Source of the DNA: Chiloscyllium plagiosum
Taxonomy: Eukaryota
Assembly (NCBI RefSeq): GCF_004010195.1
Contig: NW_025214155.1
Location: 1 to 39,860, forward strand
Reading direction: 5' to 3'
Length of the DNA: 39,860 nucleotides
In this document: piece by piece, positions 33,912 to 39,860 of the stretch
Layout: each line of letters starts with the position of its first letter
Numbering within the stretch: position 1 is the first letter of the stretch
Notes under the pieces: model-generated
Database searches by the model: none
What the model saw: only the letters and a program-made list of their open reading frames with translations
Told to the model about the DNA's origin: nothing
Position numbers and translations under genes: made by a program

Positions 33912-34175
33912 CCTGGATTAGTGGTGCTGGAAGAGCACAGCAGTTCAGGCAGCATCCGAGGAACAGCAGCAAAATCGACGTTTCGGGCAAAAGCCCTTCA
34001 TCAGGAATAAAGGCAGTGAGCCTGAAGCGTGGAGAGATAAGGGGAGGGTGTGGGTGGGGAGAGAGTAGCATAGAGTACAATGGGTGAGTGGGGGAGGAGA
34101 TGAAGGTGATAGGTCAGGGAGGAGAGGGTGGAGTGGATAGGTGGAAAAGGAGCTAGGCAGGTCGGACAAGTCCGG
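33912..34175 (-). mobile_element. Young PLE terminus running into the assembly gap
   Basis: gtggtgctggaagagcacagc...cgacgtttcgggcaaaagcccttcatcagg followed by a G-rich tract. Confidence 0.85.
33975..34007 (-). ncRNA. Minimal type I hammerhead ribozyme motif (PLE-associated)
   Basis: Minus strand reads uuc-CUGAUGA-A-GGGC(UUUU)GCCC-GAAA-CGUC-ga, with an intact core, perfect stem II and a GUC cleavage triplet. Stem I is only ~2 bp. Confidence 0.65.
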
Positions 34176-34763
34176 NNNNNNNNNNNNNNNNNNNNNNNNN
34201 NNNNNNNNNNNNNNNNNNNNNNNNNNNNNNNNNNNNNNNNNNNNNNNNNNNNNNNNNNNNNNNNNNNNNNNNNNNNNNNNNNNNNNNNNNNNNNNNNNNN
34301 NNNNNNNNNNNNNNNNNNNNNNNNNNNNNNNNNNNNNNNNNNNNNNNNNNNNNNNNNNNNNNNNNNNNNNNNNNNNNNNNNNNNNNNNNNNNNNNNNNNN
34401 NNNNNNNNNNNNNNNNNNNNNNNNNNNNNNNNNNNNNNNNNNNNNNNNNNNNNNNNNNNNNNNNNNNNNNNNNNNNNNNNNNNNNNNNNNNNNNNNNNNN
34501 NNNNNNNNNNNNNNNNNNNNNNNNNNNNNNNNNNNNNNNNNNNNNNNNNNNNNNNNNNNNNNNNNNNNNNNNNNNNNNNNNNNNNNNNNNNNNNNNNNNN
34601 NNNNNNNNNNNNNNNNNNNNNNNNNNNNNNNNNNNNNNNNNNNNNNNNNNNNNNNNNNNNNNNNNNNNNNNNNNNNNNNNNNNNNNNNNNNNNNNNNNNN
34701 NNNNNNNNNNNNNNNNNNNNNNNNNNNNNNNNNNNNNNNNNNNNNNNNNNNNNNNNNNNNNNN
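34176..34763. other. Assembly gap (N run)
   Basis: Continuous Ns. Confidence 1.
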
Positions 34764-34849
34764 ACTGGTTACGTTCTGTCAAACTGATTAAGACTGATTT
34801 ATCCGGAGTGCCTGCTTCCTGATAGATAACCAGTCCTCCCCCGTTCCTG

Positions 34850-36000
34850 TGGAGCACAGTCGAAGGGCTGAATAAGAAAGAGGAACTATCCAGCCCCTCA
34901 AGCCTGTTCCGCCATTGAATACAATCATGACTGATGTCATCGCTGGCTCAGTTCCATTTCCCTGCCTGCTCTTCATATCCCTTCATTGACTCAACATCCC
35001 AGCATCCCCCGCACACTGGGACAGTGAACTACACAGATTCACAACCCTTTGAGAGAAGTAAGTTCTCCTCACCCCTGTTTTAAATCTGCTCTACCTAATC
35101 CTAAAACCATGATCTCTTGTTCTAGTTTGCCCCAAATGAGGAAATATCCACTCCATACCGACATTGTCAATCACCTTTAATATCCTTCAGGCCTCAATGA
35201 GGTCTCCTCTCATTCTTCTAAACCTAGAGTGCATCGGCCTGAACTGCTCGAACATGTCAAAAGACCAATTCATCTATGGAATCAATCTAATGAACGTTGT
35301 CTGAACTGCTTTCGTTGAAACAACATCATTCCTGCAGTCAGGACAACAAATCTGAACACAGTAACGTCAGTTACCGTCTCACTAATATCTTGCAGAGTTG
35401 CAGTAATTCTTCCCTTTATTTATCCTCTATACTTTTATAAGTAAATGCTGAAAATACACTTGCTTTTCCCATTCTCTACTGTACCTGCATGTGAGTTTTC
35501 TGTGGTCTGCACAAGGACACCCAGATGCCTCTGCAAGTAAGCACTCTGAAGTTGCTGTCCATTTCCATAACATGTTGAATTCCTCTGGGGAATATCCTCG
35601 ATAGCCTTTTGCTTCCAGATGTTGGCACATTCATCTAAACTGTACATGTCCATTTGTAACAGTTTTACATCAACCTACTTTTCCACTTGTTTTAGTGTCA
35701 GCTGAAAATGTGGCTATGGATGGTAAATTGTCAGGTCATGTGGTCTGATCTCTATGGAACCCCAAAAGTTGCCAACCACTAACGAAACAACTATTCTATC
35801 TCTGTGCATTTTGTTGGCTCACCAGCCCACTATCCATGCGAATAACTTCCTCGCAAACCCATGTCCTCTTATTTTACAGCTTAATATTTTGTGCAGCGTT
35901 TAATCAATGCCTTTTCAAAGTCCAGGCACTTTACTCCTCCAGGATACCTATTGTCTAACTTTGCATGTCACATCTTTAAAGAATTCGAGTAAACAAATGC
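34850..36000 (-). mobile_element. Old CR1 LINE, 3' tail to RT
   Basis: Tail at 34875-34985. FADDTK-like ttttcagctgacactaa (reverse complement of about 35692-35708). YLDF.KA-like at about 35905-35930. Confidence 0.7.
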
Positions 36001-36224
36001 TTAAAAAATGTTGATTCTGATGTATTCTGGTTTTACTTTGCAAATCCGATGTTGTTAATTAATTAATTATGGAATCTCACAATTTCCCTTAATTCCCAAC
36101 AGTTTGCTCACAATCTTTTATTGACAAGTGAAGATGATTATCCTAATTCTTAATTTTTCTGTACCCTCTACGTTCCCTTTCCCGTGTACCTCTGTAACAG
36201 GTACAAATCTTTAAAAGATCTGTT

Positions 36225-36912
36225 CCAATTGCTGTGTAATAGGCATGAGTGTCTGAATGGATTCGCTCAGTTCCTGGTTTATACGCTCAACGGACTGAAT
36301 GACCCCATGGTGTTCCTACATTATAGTCTTGATGCCAGATTGTCCTGATTTACAGATTCAAAATCTGTTTCTCCTCTTACTGATAATATGTCAGAAGCCT
36401 GAAGGATTGTGGAATTTTCCTGTTGCTGTGCAACATTTTGAGGGGCTGAAAGGTCTCTTCATATTCCTTCAAAACAGGCTCGAGATACTGAACAATCACC
36501 TCCTGCATTCCTGAAATGGGATCAAAGGAGTGATTTGTCTTCTTCTGTTCCCATACAACAGACACATGGGTGAATTACCTCCTCCTTTCCGTAACAAGTC
36601 TCAAATAATTTGATCTCCTTCTTTAATTCTCGTGCTGAATGGCCTCCTGTTATTCTAGTGTACCAATCTCTTTCAGTTCCTGTGTTAGCGAATTGAGGAG
36701 GCTGAATGGACTGATCCTGTTGCTGCATAACAGGATACTGGTGCCTCATGGCCTACTCTGCGTGCAGTGTTATAGACTCGAGGGGCTGATTGGCCTCCTC
36801 CTGACTGTATATCAGGATTCAGGGGCTGAATAACCTTGTCCTGTTCTAGTGTAACAGGATCGAAGTCCTGAATACCTTTCTGCTGTTCCTGTGTTACAGG
36901 TTGGAGAAACGG
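36225..36912 (+). repeat. Degenerate ~42-bp tandem array (paralog of 560-1255)
   Basis: Repeated ggggctgaat/ggcctcctcctg/gtaacagg motifs, collinear with 560-1255. Confidence 0.75.
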
Positions 36913-38240
36913 AATTGGCTGTGTAATTGGCTTCTGCTGCTGACTCTTTCCGGTGTTCTATGTAAAAATAAGGTAACTTTTCATTCTTGTAAACTCTGAT
37001 GCGTATTGGATCAACCTGATAATCCTTTCCTTGTAAGTTAACCACTTCATTGCGGGAATCAGTTGAAGGAACCATTTCTGATCTGCTTCCAATATAGCAA
37101 TATTCTTTCTTCAGTGAGGAGACTAAATCTGTGGACACTACTCAAGATGTGATCTGATTATGATCCTGTACAACATCAGCAACACTTTACCAGTCTGCTA
37201 TTAGGTTCCCAGCCAGGTTAGAGCACGCTCAGCTGTCTGGGGGAATGCATAGCATTGTTGAAAGATCATTGCTCTTCTCTACTCCACCAGCATAATGGGA
37301 GATCTGGTGAAAATGTCATAATAACACTTAAGAAGAATGAATGACGTGACGAGATTATCTTAACGTCGAAATAGGCTTCACCAAATATCTCACCTGAATC
37401 TACCATTAATCTTCCAAGAGGCCACATAGCTCAAATTCCACAGAATCTAATAAGTTGAAGCTTAGAAGCAACAAGGAGAAGCAAAGATTGATGGAAGTCA
37501 TATGTCAAAGTGAAAGTGTCAAGACAAATGTTGGGTATGATATAAAACAGAAAATTAGATATCCAGGTTTGTGGGTACCGCAGTAATAATGAACAGTTTC
37601 AAGCTACATCTAAACTGTGGTAACCCACGTGAATAATAATGCGGGGAAAATGGATTTCATTAGCGTATTTGAGATGGTTTCGTTTAACAGTATGTTGAGT
37701 ACTGAGGTAGAGGTGAGGCTGTTTTGAAAAGGATATTATGTGATCAGAAGAGCTAATTGAAAACCCTGCTGAAAAGGAGGTTACAGGAATAGTATTTATA
37801 ATATATTGAATTTTATATGATGTCTGAAAGCAAACCAGTTATTTTTGAAACTGTGGTTATAAACCTGAGTATGTAATTCCCGAAAGTATGAGGCTAAAAT
37901 TAGATTCAGTGAATTGGAGAAGTACGTGAAAAAGATTTACTGGAAGACAGGCAATGGTTGTTGTTTAAATAAACACCTAAAAATGTACAATATACACATG
38001 TCCACCACAGTTCAAAAAGGAAAGGGGTAAAGTGACTTAACAATAGTTAACAAAATAAGTTAAAGATTGCATTAGATCAAAGGACGCAGCTCAGGAAATT
38101 GTCAGATATTGTTGTAAGCCCTGGATTCAGAGACATTTGAGAAAAAAAGTCATGATATTAAGGGTAACTTCGTGAGTTACATCAAACATCAAACAAGAAG
38201 TGTAGTTCTTGTAAAGCACAGTCGGTCAAGCAGCATGTGT

Positions 38241-38549
38241 GCGGCACGGTGGCACTGTGGTTAGCACTGCTGCCTCACAGCGCCAGAGACCCGGGTTCAA
38301 TTCCCACCTCAGGCGACTGACTGTGTAGAATTTGCACCTTCTCCCCGTGTCTGCGTGGGTTTCTTCCGGGTGTTCGGGTTTCCTCCCACAGTCACAAAGA
38401 TGTGCAGGTCAGGTGAATTGGTCATGCTAAATAGCCCGTAGTGTTAGGTAAAAGGGTAAATGTAGGGGAACGGGTGCGTTGCGCTTCGGCCGGGTGGTGT
38501 GGACTTGTTGGCCCGAAGGGCCTGTTTCCACACTGTAAGCAATCTAATT
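38241..38549 (+). mobile_element. Full-length HE1/V-SINE-like SINE
   Basis: A box tggcactgtgg, B box ggttcaattcc, central ctccccgtgtctgcgtgggtttc domain and aatctaat tail. Confidence 0.9.
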
Positions 38550-38947
38550 GTCTTATTCGCAGGAGACAGAGGATGGTGGAGGAAGGCTGTTTGGGTGACT
38601 GGAGACCGATGTACCTCAGTGCAGTGCATCTTATTATTTATGGTATTATAAATGTGAATGTGTTTGCGGGGGGGAAGGAGGTGAGGGAGTGTGCTAATTA
38701 AGTTTTGATTTGACAGAAATACTGGCTGGGTGGTTGGCAGTGAGGAGGAAGGCCTTATGTTACAGGAAGATGTAGATCGAATGGTCAGATAATCAGATGG
38801 AATGTAACCCTGATAGACATGTGGTGATGCACTTTGGAAGAAGGAAGCAAAAATGGGAGTATACGATGAATGGCAGCACACTAAGAAGCTGAGAGGGTCT
38901 TCCTCCACAGATCCCTGATTGTGACGGCACGGGGTAATAGTTTAGGG

Positions 38948-39180
38948 AAAAATGAGGACTGCAGATGTTTGAGATCAGAATCAAGAAGTGTAGTTCTTGT
39001 AAAGCACAGTCGGTCAAGCAGCATGCAAGGAGCAGGAGAGTCGATGTTTTGATCATAAGCTTTTTATCAGGATTGGTGGCCACATTCCTGATGAAAAGCA
39101 TATTCTGAAAACATCAACTTTCCTGTTTCTCGGATGCTGGATGATCTGCTGTGCTTTTCCAGCAATATACTTTTTTGACT
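38948..39180. mobile_element. Palindromic element of two inverted PLE termini
   Basis: Left arm aagaagtgtagttcttgtaaagcacag...tttatcagga mirrors right arm tcctgatgaaaagc...ctgtgcttttccagcaatatacttttttga. Confidence 0.8.
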
Positions 39181-39860
39181 GAGGTTAATACGTTAGTTAA
39201 TAAGGCAGAGGGAACCGGAGGCAGAACCTTCATTCACCGACGTATAGATTCTCAGAGCTATACAAGTCTGTGGTTAGGCCATGTTGGAACACTGTGCGTA
39301 GTTATGGGAGCCATATTGCAGGAAGGATGTGATTGTAGTGGAGGGGTGCAGAGGAGATTCACCGGGATGCTCCCTGGGATGGAGCAGATCAACTATGGAG
39401 AGAGGCTGGATAAGCTCGGGTTGTTTACTTTGGAGCAAAGAAGGCTGAGGGAGAGGTGATTCACAAGGATAAGATTACGAGGGGGATTTCCAGAAAGATT
39501 TTTGCTGAAGTCCCAAACCCAGTGTGCAAAATCATATCTTATGGGATTGTGGCAAATATTTGGACATGGTTGCAGAATGGGACAGCTGGCAGAAAAGAGT
39601 GAGTAAAAGTTTTTGATTTTGATTTCATGACCAGGTATATTTCCCAGGATAAATACAATAAAATACAGTGAAATGCTTTCAATTGTTGACACAAAGTGGT
39701 GCCATTTTGAATAATTGAAGACAATGGAATAAACAGAGGATACAACCTGAAGAGAGTTTATGGGTTGTGAGACAGCTCGTCATCATCGACCACCCCTGCA
39801 ACCCAACCCCTTCATGACAGCTTCATTCCCATCTACACCAGACCCCAGCAACATCGAAGT

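Larger units (their letters stand above)
37280..39520 (+). mobile_element. Old CR1 ORF2 remnants (APE 37280-38190; RT/3' 38555-39520), interrupted by a SINE and a PLE palindrome
   Basis: 37200-37890 is collinear with 1530-2170. RRQRMVEEG and GVQRRFTGMLPGMEQINYGERLDKLGLFTLEQRRLR motifs. Confidence 0.75.

Noticed and set aside
34128..34857. ORFs of 216-234 aa
   Set aside because: They are artefacts of translating the N gap.

Overview
Eukaryotic, repeat-saturated vertebrate DNA, most likely a shark or other elasmobranch. This is inferred from HE1/V-SINE-like tRNA-derived SINEs, abundant CR1-clade LINEs and GIY-YIG Penelope-like elements (PLEs). I find no intact protein-coding gene. The ORF track consists of transposon fragments, satellite translations, N-gap artefacts or short chance frames. 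The window holds many CR1 LINE remnants of different ages on both strands, one ~2.8 kb 5'-truncated L1-clade LINE and two PIF/Harbinger transposase relics. It also holds many PLE fragments whose ends carry hammerhead-ribozyme-like motifs, one of them with a perfect catalytic core at 33977-34004 (minus). There are degenerate 42-bp and ~64-bp tandem arrays, two old segmental-duplication pairs, three near-identical tandem duplications and two assembly gaps. The main non-repeat signal is a string of heavily decayed plus-strand exon-like remnants at about 20.9-33.9 kb. They resemble several C-type lectin domains plus one EGF domain, consistent with a dead mannose-receptor-like multi-lectin pseudogene. 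I cannot support a claim of a new biological system. Boundaries are approximate and were set by eye.
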